From assembly GCA_963763775.1 (NCBI GenBank), contig CAVXPZ010000001.1, positions 448,001 to 512,000 on the forward strand: a stretch of DNA of 64,000 nucleotides, in the 5' to 3' direction. Positions 20,452 through 29,539 of this stretch are shown here, piece after piece (the first letter of the stretch is position 1; each line of letters opens with the position of its first letter). This DNA is from an uncultured Chloroflexia bacterium (lineage in GTDB: Bacteria; Chloroflexota; Limnocylindria; Limnocylindrales; CSP1-4). The notes under the pieces were generated by a model. That model had not been told where the DNA came from, searched no databases, and was given only the letters and a program-made list of their open reading frames with translations. A program made the position numbers and the translations under genes.

Positions 20452-21201
20452 TCAGCGCCCGAGGTACGCCCGGATCCCCGCCACGACACCGTCCGCGTAG
20501 GTGGACTGCCCGCGGAGCGTCGTCATCCGATGGGCATCGGCCGTGTTCTTCATGTTCCCGAACTCGATCATCACGGCGGGCACGTCGGACATGTTGAGGG
20601 TGCCGAGGTCGGTCCGCGTCTTCAGGCCGTTCGTGCCGTAGTAGTTCGCGATCGTGAGGCCGACCCCTCGAAGGCCGCCGCGGATCGCCTTCGCGAGGGT
20701 CAGGGACGACGACAGGATGTCGTCCGTATAGCCGCGAACGAGTCCCGGGCGCATGACGACGAACCCGTGGTCCGCCCGGGCCGCGCCGTCCGCATGGAGG
20801 CTCACGAGGATGGCGGCATGGACCTTCGCGCCGAACCGCCCGCGCACGTCGACGCAGGGGCCGACGCCGGTGTCCGTCGAACGGGTCATGGCCACGGTGG
20901 CTCCGAGCGCCTCGAGTCGCGTCCGGACCCGGTTCGCGAGGGCGAAGGTGAAGCGATGCTCGGCGTACCCGCCGCGGGTCGACGTCCCCGCGGTGTTGCA
21001 GGCCTTCCAGCCGTTCCCGACGAAGACCTGGCGATGGATCGCGGCCGGGTGCGACGCGTTGCCCCCATCGTGACCAGGGTCGAGCGCGATCGTCATCCCG
21101 GCGAGGGGGAGGGGAGGCGGATCGGCGGCGACGGCCAGGGACCCGTTCGCGACGAAGGCGACCAGGACGGTCATGACGGCCGCGAGTCGACGAACCTGCA
21201 T
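20452..21201 (-). CDS. N-acetylmuramoyl-L-alanine amidase (Amidase_3), secreted
   Basis: Signal peptide, IALDPGHDG, AEH, VSLHADG and VMIEFGNM. Confidence 0.88.
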   Translation of the reverse strand: MQVRRLAAVMTVLVAFVANGSLAVAADPPPLPLAGMTIALDPGHDGGNASHPAAIHRQVFVGNGWKACNTAGTSTRGGYAEHRFTFALANRVRTRLEALGATVAMTRSTDTGVGPCVDVRGRFGAKVHAAILVSLHADGAARADHGFVVMRPGLVRGYTDDILSSSLTLAKAIRGGLRGVGLTIANYYGTNGLKTRTDLGTLNMSDVPAVMIEFGNMKNTADAHRMTTLRGQSTYADGVVAGIRAYLGR

Positions 21202-21306
21202 CGCCCGATGGTAGGCGCTCGACCACGCGGTGCAACCGGTACCGTAGGGCCGGACCGGGCAGCCATCCGCCGCCAGCGGCGCCGCAGAAGGGAGCGCACC
21301 TCGCCG

Positions 21307-22692
21307 ATGGAGATCCATCTCGCGTCGACGACCGAGCTCGCGGACGCCATCCGGTCGAGGCGGCTGTCGTCCGTCGAGGCCGTCGAGGCCCTGCTGCGGC
21401 GCATCGAGCTCGTGAACCCTCGCCTGAATGCCGTGGTGACCTTGGCCGACCGCGCGATGGATGACGCGCGCGCTGCCGACGCCGCGCTCGCCGACGGCCG
21501 GCTTGCCGGTCCGTTGCACGGCGTGCCGTTCACGATCAAGGACTCGCTCGACACGGCGGATGTTCGGACGACGGCGGGGACCGTCGGCTGGGCCGCACGG
21601 GTCCCGGAGCGGGACGCGACCGTGGTGGCTCGGCTCAGGGGCGCCGGCGGCATCCTGCTCGGCAAGACCAACACCCCGGAGTTCACCTGGGCGAACGAGG
21701 CCGACAACCTCGTCTTCGGCCGCACGTCGAACCCGTACGACCTCGAGCGGTCGTCCGGCGGCAGCAGCGGCGGCTCCGCGGCGATCGTCGCGGCCGGTGG
21801 CGCCCCGTTCGACATCGGGAGCGACACCGGCGACAGCATCCGGCAACCCTCGCACGTGTGCGGCGTCGCCGGCCTCAAGCCGACGAGCGGCCGTGTCCCG
21901 CGGACAGGCCACCATCCGTCGTACCGCGGACCGCTCGAGTCGTTCACCCAGCTTGGGCCGATCGCGCGGCGGGTCGACGACCTGGCCCTCCTGCTGCCGA
22001 TCATCGCCGGTCCCGACGGCGAAGACCCCCATGTCGTCCCCGTCGCGCTCGGCTCGCCGGACGACGTCGACGTGGCCGGCCTCCGGATCGCCTGGTTCGA
22101 TGACAGCGGCGTGGAGACACCCACCCCCGAGACGATGCGCACGGTCCGAGCCGCCGCCGACGCGCTCCGCGACGCCGGCGCGGTCGTCGAGGCCCGCCGA
22201 CCTCCCGACCAGGCCCTCGCCGCGGACCTCTGGGACCAGATGATCGCCGCGGACGGCCATGCCTGGCTGTGGCGCCTCATCGCGGAGGCCGGGACCGCCG
22301 GCCTCGGGTCCTACGAGGGCAAGGCGGCGTGGGTCACCGAGCGCCGGATCCTGCCCGGCGACGAACTCACGCGGGTGATCGAGGCGGTGGACGACGTCCG
22401 CGCCAGCATGCTCCGCTGGATGCACGGCACCGACCTGATCGTGAGCCCGGTCCTGCCGCAGCCGGCCCTCCGGCATGGTCAGGGGTTCACGTCGGCCTTC
22501 GCCGACACCTACAGCGAGGTCCACAACCTGACCGGCTGGCCTGCCGCCGTCGTGCGCGGCGGGACCTCCCCCGAGGGGCTCCCCATCGGCGTGCAGCTCA
22601 TCGGGGCGCCGTGGCGTGAGGACGTGGTCCTGGCCGCGGCTCGGGTGGTCGAGGCGGCCCTGGGCGGCTGGCAGCCGTCGCCGTTGTTCTGA
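21307..22692 (+). CDS. Amidase-signature family enzyme
   Basis: GPLHGVPFTIKD, GKTNTPEF, GGSSGGS and GSDTGDSIR. Confidence 0.9.
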   Translation: MEIHLASTTELADAIRSRRLSSVEAVEALLRRIELVNPRLNAVVTLADRAMDDARAADAALADGRLAGPLHGVPFTIKDSLDTADVRTTAGTVGWAARVPERDATVVARLRGAGGILLGKTNTPEFTWANEADNLVFGRTSNPYDLERSSGGSSGGSAAIVAAGGAPFDIGSDTGDSIRQPSHVCGVAGLKPTSGRVPRTGHHPSYRGPLESFTQLGPIARRVDDLALLLPIIAGPDGEDPHVVPVALGSPDDVDVAGLRIAWFDDSGVETPTPETMRTVRAAADALRDAGAVVEARRPPDQALAADLWDQMIAADGHAWLWRLIAEAGTAGLGSYEGKAAWVTERRILPGDELTRVIEAVDDVRASMLRWMHGTDLIVSPVLPQPALRHGQGFTSAFADTYSEVHNLTGWPAAVVRGGTSPEGLPIGVQLIGAPWREDVVLAAARVVEAALGGWQPSPLF

Positions 22693-22768
22693 GCATGCCG
22701 CCGCGAGGGCGGAGAGGACGGCGACGGCGGCGAGCCGGCGCGGGGACCCGCCGGGTAGCATCGGACCG

Positions 22769-23998
22769 GTGACCGCCGTGCCGTTGCCGTCCCGCCCGAT
22801 CGTCGCCGGCGCCCTCGGTTGCGTCGCGTTCGTCCTCATCGGCTGGGGCGGGCTGCTCGTCCCCTCGCTGATCCGGTCGATCAAGGACGCCTATGACCAG
22901 TCCGATGCCGGGATCGGTGTGTACTACTTCGTGTACGCGGTGGCGTACGCGACCGGCTCGTTAGGCGGCGGGCTCGTCACGGAACGGCTCGGACGCCGAA
23001 CGGTGCTGTCGGTGGCCGCGGCGCTCTACGGGCTGGGGATGATCGCCCTCGGCGGCGCCCCGATCGTGGGCGATCCTGCTCGCGGCCGGGATCCCGGCCG
23101 GGCTCGGCGGCGGAGCGATCGACGGCGGGGTCAACGGCCTGATCCTCGACCTCTACCCGACCGGCCGAGGGCGAGCGCTCAACCTGCTGCACCTGTTCTT
23201 CAGCCTCGGGGCGCTCGCGGCACCGCTGGCGGTCGGTCGCCTCGTGGAGTCCGGGGTCGCGTGGGGGTCGATCCTCGTCGCGTCCGGCGTCGTCGCGCTG
23301 GTCGTGGCGGGGGCGTTCGTCACGATCCGCATGCCATCGGGACGGCGGGCGCCAGGCGACGCGGACACCGCGACGGCGACCGGGGACGGTGCGCCTGCGT
23401 CGATCTGGGTCGGCCGACGGCTCGCGACGCCGCTCCTACTGCTCGGCATCGCGATCGCCTGCTACGTCGCGTCAGAGGTCGGCGTCTCGAACTGGCTCGT
23501 CCTGTTCCTCGAGCCCGCGCCCCTGACGACCGCGACGACCGCGCTGTCGCTCTTTTGGGCGGGCCTCACGCTCGGACGACTCGTCTCCGCGAGGATCGCG
23601 GACCGGTTCGACCACGTCACGTTCGCGACCGTCGCAGCGCTCGCCACGGCGCTCGCGCTGGTGGCGGCCGTGCTGGCGCCCTCGCTCCCGCTTTCGGTCG
23701 CGCTGTTCGCGCTGGCCGGATTCGCGACCGGCCCCGTGTTCCCGATGATCGTGGCGATCGGCGGCGACCGCTATCCGGACCGCGCCGCCGCGGTGAGCGG
23801 GTTCCTGACCGGGGCGGCGGTGACCGGCTCGATCGTCTATCCGCCGATCATGGGCTTCCTGTCCGTGACGGTCGGACTGACCGTCGCGATGCTGGGCAGC
23901 GCCCTGCTGGCGGCGCTGTGTGCCGCCGCCCTGTGGGCGGTCGGCCCGTCGACACGAGGCGGCGGTCGTCGAGGCCGGACGCGACGACCTCCGCCTGA
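22769..23998 (+). CDS. MFS transporter, frameshift near 23063; 3' end uncertain
   Basis: Multiple TM helices. Motif A-like GGLVTERLGRR and GRLVSARIADRF lie in two frames. Confidence 0.72.
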   Translation: MTAVPLPSRPIVAGALGCVAFVLIGWGGLLVPSLIRSIKDAYDQSDAGIGVYYFVYAVAYATGSLGGGLVTERLGRRTVLSVAAALYGLGMIALGGAPIVGDPARGRDPGRARRRSDRRRGQRPDPRPLPDRPRASAQPAAPVLQPRGARGTAGGRSPRGVRGRVGVDPRRVRRRRAGRGGGVRHDPHAIGTAGARRRGHRDGDRGRCACVDLGRPTARDAAPTARHRDRLLRRVRGRRLELARPVPRARAPDDRDDRAVALLGGPHARTTRLREDRGPVRPRHVRDRRSARHGARAGGGRAGALAPAFGRAVRAGRIRDRPRVPDDRGDRRRPLSGPRRRGERVPDRGGGDRLDRLSADHGLPVRDGRTDRRDAGQRPAGGAVCRRPVGGRPVDTRRRSSRPDATTSA

Positions 23999-24002
23999 CG
24001 CC

Positions 24003-24863
24003 TCAGCCGTTCACCGGCACCGTGAGCGCCACGGTCATCCCGCTCGCGACGTCGCCGGTCACGGTGCCCAGCTGTCGGACCCCGCCGTCGTCGCCGAAGA
24101 CGTTGTCCGTGGCCAGCGAGACCTGCGCCAGGTTCGGGACGCTCTGCTCGTATCCGGCGGTGGCATAGACGAGCTGCGAGACGTCCTCCGGCATCGCGAC
24201 CTGCGATGTCGCGATCCGGTTGTTCTCGTCCGTGGCCAGGTCGACGCTCGGGTAGACCTCGAAGTGGATGTGCGGCCACCGGCCCGAGTAGCACCCGGGA
24301 TAGATGCTCTGGAACGTCACCACGCCGTTCGCGTCGGCCTCCTGGACACCTCGCAGGAAGTTCTCGTCGGCGACCGCGGGCGAATACAGGGAGTAGTCGC
24401 CGTCGCGGGTGCAGTGCCAGAGATAGACGGCGGCACCTTCGAGCGGCGCGCAGTCGGTCCCGTCCTCGATCGTCAGCTGGATCGTGAGCGGGACGCCCTC
24501 GGCCGTGGTCGTCGATGTGCCGAAACTCGACCGGATGTCGCTCCGCACGACGCCGCTCTGGTTCAGGACGTCCGGGCCGTTCGAGCCGTCGCCGGGGAAC
24601 GGGCCGGCGGTCTCTTCCGGGATGATGACGCAGCTCGCCCCGTCGGCCGCGCTGGCGCCGGCGGTGGACCCCGCGGCCACGGAGGCGGAGCCGGCGGCCC
24701 CGGGCGCGCATCCGGCGATGACGAACATGCTCGCGCTGATCCCGCCGAACCCCAGGAGCTTGAGCATGCGGCGTCGGTCGAGCGTCCCGATGTCGAAGAC
24801 GAGGCCCCGGTCGTGGTCCTCGAGCTCCTCGTGGTCGTGATGGGGGGCCGGTGCGTGCGTCAT
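24003..24863 (-). CDS. Intradiol ring-cleavage dioxygenase-like protein with Tat-like signal
   Basis: RRRMLKL, PEETAGPFPGDGSN, VYLWHC, LRGVQ and YPGCYSGRWPHIHFEV. Confidence 0.85.
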   Translation of the reverse strand: MTHAPAPHHDHEELEDHDRGLVFDIGTLDRRRMLKLLGFGGISASMFVIAGCAPGAAGSASVAAGSTAGASAADGASCVIIPEETAGPFPGDGSNGPDVLNQSGVVRSDIRSSFGTSTTTAEGVPLTIQLTIEDGTDCAPLEGAAVYLWHCTRDGDYSLYSPAVADENFLRGVQEADANGVVTFQSIYPGCYSGRWPHIHFEVYPSVDLATDENNRIATSQVAMPEDVSQLVYATAGYEQSVPNLAQVSLATDNVFGDDGGVRQLGTVTGDVASGMTVALTVPVNG

Positions 24864-24944
24864 GGGTCGTGCCTCATGGGTCGTGTGGTGGGACCCACCG
24901 TAGGCGACGGATCCTTCGAGTCGCATGAGAGCCGGGTGAGACCG

Positions 24945-25876
24945 TCATCGCAGGATCTCGACCGTGTCGCCGTCGACGACCTCGTGGGCCCGGCCGACCC
25001 GTTGCCCGTCGAAGCGGGCGGACGGCCCCCAGACCCGGGCGCCGCTGAAGGTCGCGGCGAGGTCGTGATGGACCGAGTCGGCGACGTCCGTGACCGTCGC
25101 CCCGGGTTCGAGGGCGATCGGCTCGGGGTCGACCGACCCGTTCGTCCGCAGTCGGATGCGGATCAGCCCGGTGAGGTCCCAGACGACGTCCCGGAACCGC
25201 TCCAGCGACGCTTCGTCGATGACCGAGACGGCGACGACCGGCAGGGTCGGGAAGGCCGCTTCGAGCGCGGCGACGGCCGCCGGCCCGGCTTCGTCGGCAC
25301 GCGTGGCGGCGAGGATCGCCGGCTTCTCGATCCCGGCCGCGGCCACCTCGGCGAGGACGGTCGCGAGCGTCGTGGGGGTCGGCCTCGGTGCGGCTGCAAT
25401 ACACGATGGCATCGACCGTGCGGAGGACCCCGAGGAGTGCGCGGCCGCCGCCTCGATCGTCCGCGGCCCCGCCGATGAGTCCCGGGGATCTCGACGAGTT
25501 GCACCAGCACGCCGCCGATGCGCGTCAGGGCCGGGACCGGTCGCAGCGTGGTGAACGGGTAGTCGCCGGTCTTGATCTGGATCTCCGAGAGCGCCTGGAG
25601 CAGCGAGGACTTGCCCACGTTGGGCGGGCCGACGAGGGCGACCTGGGCGACGCCCTCGCGGCGCACCGAGATCGAGTCGCGATGGACCGCACCCGAGCGG
25701 ACCCTGGTGTCCTCGATCTCGGCGAGGAGCGCCTTGCGCAGGTCCGCATACGGTCCGTTCCTGTAGTCGGGCAGCTCGGCGAGGAGGTCACGCACCTCGC
25801 GGATCCGTTCCTTGCCTTCTTTCCCGATCAGTCGACGCTTCGCCACCTGGGCGAACGTGCGATGCGGCATCGGCAT
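24945..25876 (-). CDS. OBG/DRG-like GTPase with C-terminal TGS domain, two +1 frameshifts (~25481, ~25375)
   Basis: GPPNVGKS, DYPFTT, LVEIPG and TGS GATVTDVADSVH...WGPSARFDGQRVG..H.V.DGD. Confidence 0.8.
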
Positions 25877-25948
25877 CGCGGTCTCCTTCCGTCACGGGCG
25901 GGACGGCGCGCGGCGCGCCGCCATACGGCGGCGACGGCACAGCGCGTC

Positions 25949-25991
25949 GATCCTGCCCCTTCCTCCGACGCTGGACTGGAAGGGGCGGATC
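25949..25991 (-). promoter_or_regulatory. Stem-loop in GTPase leader (candidate attenuator)
   Basis: gatcctgccccttcc ... ggaaggggcggatc inverted repeat overlapping the stop of a short uORF. Confidence 0.45.
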
Positions 25992-26058
25992 AGCCGTTCT
26001 TGTTGGAGATCCGGGTGAGCCAGGCGTCCTCGGGACGCCGGCCGATCAGGGCTCGCAT
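25990..26058 (-). CDS. Candidate 22-aa leader peptide MRALIGRRPEDAWLTRISNKNG
   Basis: ATG lies 9 nt after a TTCGGA-N17-TACGCT promoter-like element. The stop overlaps the hairpin. Confidence 0.4.
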   Translation of the reverse strand: MRALIGRRPEDAWLTRISNKNG

Positions 26059-26203
26059 GACGGACGAAGCGTACCGCAGGCCCGTCTGTATCCGAAAGGA
26101 CCAACCCGTCCCGACCGAAGGTCATCCGCGCCGCCCTAACGAGCGCCATTCCCGCCCGTTGTCAGGTGTAGCGATCGATCCTGGTCCCGCAACGAGGTAC
26201 GAC

Positions 26204-26711
26204 ATGCACTTCCGACCCCGAAGCATCGCGTTCGCGATCGCCGCCCTGGCGCTCTCGGCTGGGAGCGTGTTCGCGTTCTCGTCCATGCCCACCGCCGCCA
26301 CCCATGGGCTACAGCGTGCCGCGGCGATGGCGGGCAAGGTCGTCCCGGTGCGCGCCGCGGCGACGCACGAGGACCCTCGGGCGGACGAGGGCGATCGGAA
26401 CGATCCCGCCGCCGACCAGCAGGGTTCTGGCGCCGCCGACGCGACCGCGGACGCTCCCGACGCGGTCGACGGTCCGAATGATTGCCGACAGCCCGACGAC
26501 TGACGCCACGACCCCGAACCACGGCAGCGTGGTGTCGGCCGTGGCAAAGGCCCCCGATACGACGCCCGACACGAACCACGGCGCCGATGTCTCCGCCGTC
26601 GCGCGGGATAATCATGGTCACGCGACCCCCAAGAAGCCCCATCCGAGCAAGCCCGACCACACCGGCAAGCCCGACCAGCCCGGTAAGCCCGACCACACCG
26701 GCAAGCCGTAG
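26204..26711 (+). CDS. Secreted low-complexity protein with NHG..VSAVA and GKPDH repeats, +1 frameshift near 26480
   Basis: GAGG RBS, signal peptide MHFRPRSIAFAIAALALSAGSVFA and a repeat-rich C-terminus in the shifted frame. Confidence 0.65.
26647..26707 (+). repeat. 18-bp tandem repeat (~3.4 copies) encoding (G/S)KPD(H/Q)(T/P)
   Basis: gcaagcccgaccacaccg / gcaagcccgaccagcccg / gtaagcccgaccacaccg / gcaagcc. Confidence 0.85.
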
Positions 26712-26732
26712 CCCATCGCGTCCTTCTGGAGG

Positions 26733-26768
26733 CCCCGCCCGCCACCTCCGGCAGGCGGGGTCTCTTCT
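26733..26768 (+). terminator. Probable intrinsic terminator
   Basis: ccccgcccgcc-acctcc-ggcaggcgggg hairpin followed by tctcttct. Confidence 0.5.
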
Positions 26769-26823
26769 CGTCCGGATCCGTGAGGACGGACGAGCGCCCA
26801 GGGCCCTGTGGCACGATGCCCGC

Positions 26824-27330
26824 ATGGTCGACCAGCCAGTCGAGGTGCCACGCCTTCGACGCGCGGGGGACGGTGACGCGAGTGCGATCGCCGAACTCGT
26901 CCGGGCGGCATACGTGGGGTACACGCCGCTCCTCGGCCGCACGCCGTTCCCGATGCTGGCTGACTACGCCGCGGTGGTCCGTGAGCACGAGACCTGGGTC
27001 CTGGACGGCGGCCCGGCCACCGGGGTCGTCGGGGTGATCGAGCTCGTCCCGCACGCTGACCACCTCTGGATCGAGAACGTGGCGATCGCACCGGACCAGC
27101 AGGGCAGCGGCTACGGCCGCCGGCTCCTCGAGCACGCGGAAGCACGCGCCCGGGAGATGGGCCGACCAGCCCTCGGGCTGCTGACGAACGAGCGCTACCT
27201 AACCAACATCGCGATGTACGAGCGATACGGCTACCGCGAGACCCATCGCGAGCCGTACCTCGGCACGGACCTCATCCACTTCCGCAAGCCCCTCGCCGTT
27301 GCGGGACGTGCAAGGTCGGTCGGATCGTGA
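26824..27330 (+). CDS. GNAT N-acetyltransferase
   Basis: NVAIAPDQQGSGYGRRLL and NIAMYERYGY. Confidence 0.88.
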   Translation: MVDQPVEVPRLRRAGDGDASAIAELVRAAYVGYTPLLGRTPFPMLADYAAVVREHETWVLDGGPATGVVGVIELVPHADHLWIENVAIAPDQQGSGYGRRLLEHAEARAREMGRPALGLLTNERYLTNIAMYERYGYRETHREPYLGTDLIHFRKPLAVAGRARSVGS

Positions 27331-27391
27331 GATCGTTGCAGGTGCAACGACGCATCGACCGGCCCGCTCGGGCCGACAGGAGACCGACCCG

Positions 27392-27829
27392 ATGACGACC
27401 GGCGAGTACACGTCCTTCGAGGACGCATTGATCGAGGACATGCGCGCCCATGACGGGCAGGTCACGAGCGGCCCGCTGGCCGGACACCCGTTGTTGGTCA
27501 TGTGGTCGACCGGGGCCAAGAGCGGGGAGCGGCGACGCTCGATCCTGACGTACTCGCGCGAGGGTGACGCGTACGTGGTCGCGGGGACGGCGGGCGGGTC
27601 GACGAAGGACCCGGCCTGGATCGCCAACCTGACCGCCGATCCGAACGTGACGCTCGAGATCGCCAACCGGACGTTCGAGGCGACGGCCGAGGTCATCGTG
27701 AACGGCGCCGATCGGGACCGGCTCTGGGACGCCCATGTCGAGGCGCTGCCGAACTTCGCCGCCTACCCGGAGCAGTCCGGACGGCTGATCCCGATGGTCC
27801 GCCTGGCGCCGGTGGTCGACCCGGCCTAG
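27392..27829 (+). CDS. Deazaflavin (F420H2)-dependent nitroreductase family protein (Ddn-like)
   Basis: TGAKSGERR, GGSTKDPAWIANLTADPNV and R.IPMVRL. AGGAG RBS. Confidence 0.87.
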   Translation: MTTGEYTSFEDALIEDMRAHDGQVTSGPLAGHPLLVMWSTGAKSGERRRSILTYSREGDAYVVAGTAGGSTKDPAWIANLTADPNVTLEIANRTFEATAEVIVNGADRDRLWDAHVEALPNFAAYPEQSGRLIPMVRLAPVVDPA

Positions 27830-27894
27830 CGACACCCGACAAGCCGGCGATCTCTCCGAGTCGGACGCGCGTCCGACGCCGGGCCGCGCTATCG

Positions 27895-27915
27895 ATAGAC
27901 CGACGGTCGGTCTAT
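27895..27915. promoter_or_regulatory. Perfect palindromic TetR-type operator
   Basis: ATAGACCGAC-G-GTCGGTCTAT directly upstream of the TetR gene. Confidence 0.8.
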
Positions 27916-27928
27916 GAATGGAGCAGCG

Positions 27929-28614
27929 ATGGCCCGGACCCTGGATCGCGAGGCGCATGCCCTTCGACGGGACGAGTTCATCGACGCCGCGCAGCGCCTG
28001 ATCGCGTCCAAGGGCTACGAGCAGATGAGCGTCCAGGAGATCCTGGACGAGCTCGGTGCGTCCAAGGGCGCCTTCTATCACTACTTCGATTCGAAGGAGG
28101 CGCTCCTCAGCGCGGTCGTCGAGCGGCTGACGGACGCGGGCGTCGAGGCGACGCGCCCGGTCGCCGAGGACCCGACGCTGACCGCCGTCGAGAAGATGGA
28201 TCGCCTGTTCTCGACGGTCGCGGCCTACAAGGCGGCGCGCAAGGACTTCCTGATCGCCCTCCTCGACGTGTGGTTCTCGGACGCGAACGTGATGGTCCGC
28301 GACCGCTTTCGTCGCGGCATGGTCGACCGCCTGACGCCCCTCTTCGCCGGGATCATCCGGCAGGGCCAGGCCGAGGGGACCTTCGTCGAGGGCGACCCCA
28401 CCGACGTCGCCCGCGTCCTGGTGTCGTTCATGCAGGGGGTCAATGAGACAGGCCAGCGACCTGTTCCTCGCCCGGCAGGCCGGTCGGATCACCTTCGACG
28501 AGGCCGAGCGGGCGCTCGCCACGACCGCCGGGGCGTTCGAGCGGATCCTCGGCCTGCCGGGCGACACGCTCACGATGCTCGACCGCGAGACGCTGATCAC
28601 TCTGGTACGGCTGA
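27929..28614 (+). CDS. TetR/AcrR family regulator, +1 frameshifts near 28450 and probably 28599
   Basis: HTH SVQEILDELGASKGAFYHYFDSKEALL. The C-terminus continues in shifted frames to ...WYG-TGA. Confidence 0.82.
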
Positions 28615-28635
28615 CCCGAACCGCGAAGGAGCGAC

Positions 28636-29538
28636 ATGGCCGCGATCATCGAGACCGAGAAGCTGACGAAGACCTACGGATCGCACCGGGGGATCATCGA
28701 CGTCGACCTCGCGGTGGATGAAGGCGAGGCGTTCGGGTTCCTCGGCCCGAACGGCGCCGGCAAGACCACGACCATCCGCACGCTCCTCGACCACCTCCGG
28801 CCCACGAGCGGACGCGCCCGCATCTTCGGGATCGACACGACCGTGGACCCGGTCGGCATCCACCGACGCGTGGGATACCTTCCCGGCGAGTTCGTCCTCT
28901 ACGACAAGCTGACGGGCGGCCAGACCATCGAGTACTTCGCCAACCTGCGCGGCGGCGTGGACCCGGTGTACCAACAAGCCCTCGTCGAGCGCCTCGAGAT
29001 CGATCCCTCGCGCCGCTTCCGCGAGTACTCCAAGGGGAACAAGCAGAAGATCGGCCTGGTCATCGCCCTCCAGCACCGACCGGACCTGTTGATCCTCGAC
29101 GAGCCCACGTCCGGGCTCGACCCGCTGGTCCAGCAGACGTTCTACGAGGTCATCCGCGAGGCCAAGGGCGAGGGCCGAACGGTCTTCCTCTCGAGCCACA
29201 TCCTCTCGGAGGTCGAGAAGACCTGCGACCGCGTCGCGATCATCCGCGACGGGCGCATCGCCCGCGTGGACCGCGTGGAGGCGCTCCGCGACCTCGCCCA
29301 CCACCAGGTGGAGCTCGTCTTCGCCGGGCCGGTGCCTCGGGCCGAGTTCGAGGCGCTGCCCGGGGTGAGCGAGTTCGTCGCCGAGGACCACACGCTGCGG
29401 ATGCGCGTCTCCGGAGGGATCGCGCCCGTCGTGCGGGCCGCCGCCAAGTACGAGCTCGTCGACTTCGTCAGCCGCGAACCCAGCCTGGAGGAGACGTTCC
29501 TCGCCGAGTACGGTCGCGAGACGGCCGAGGTGTCGTGA
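28636..29538 (+). CDS. ABC transporter ATP-binding protein
   Basis: GPNGAGKTT, YSKGNKQK and LILDEPTSGLD. Confidence 0.93.
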   Translation: MAAIIETEKLTKTYGSHRGIIDVDLAVDEGEAFGFLGPNGAGKTTTIRTLLDHLRPTSGRARIFGIDTTVDPVGIHRRVGYLPGEFVLYDKLTGGQTIEYFANLRGGVDPVYQQALVERLEIDPSRRFREYSKGNKQKIGLVIALQHRPDLLILDEPTSGLDPLVQQTFYEVIREAKGEGRTVFLSSHILSEVEKTCDRVAIIRDGRIARVDRVEALRDLAHHQVELVFAGPVPRAEFEALPGVSEFVAEDHTLRMRVSGGIAPVVRAAAKYELVDFVSREPSLEETFLAEYGRETAEVS

Positions 29539-29539
29539 G

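Noticed and set aside
26647-26707. Tandem repeat as a CRISPR array
   Set aside because: The units are contiguous, in-frame 18-bp repeats without spacers, and there are no cas genes.
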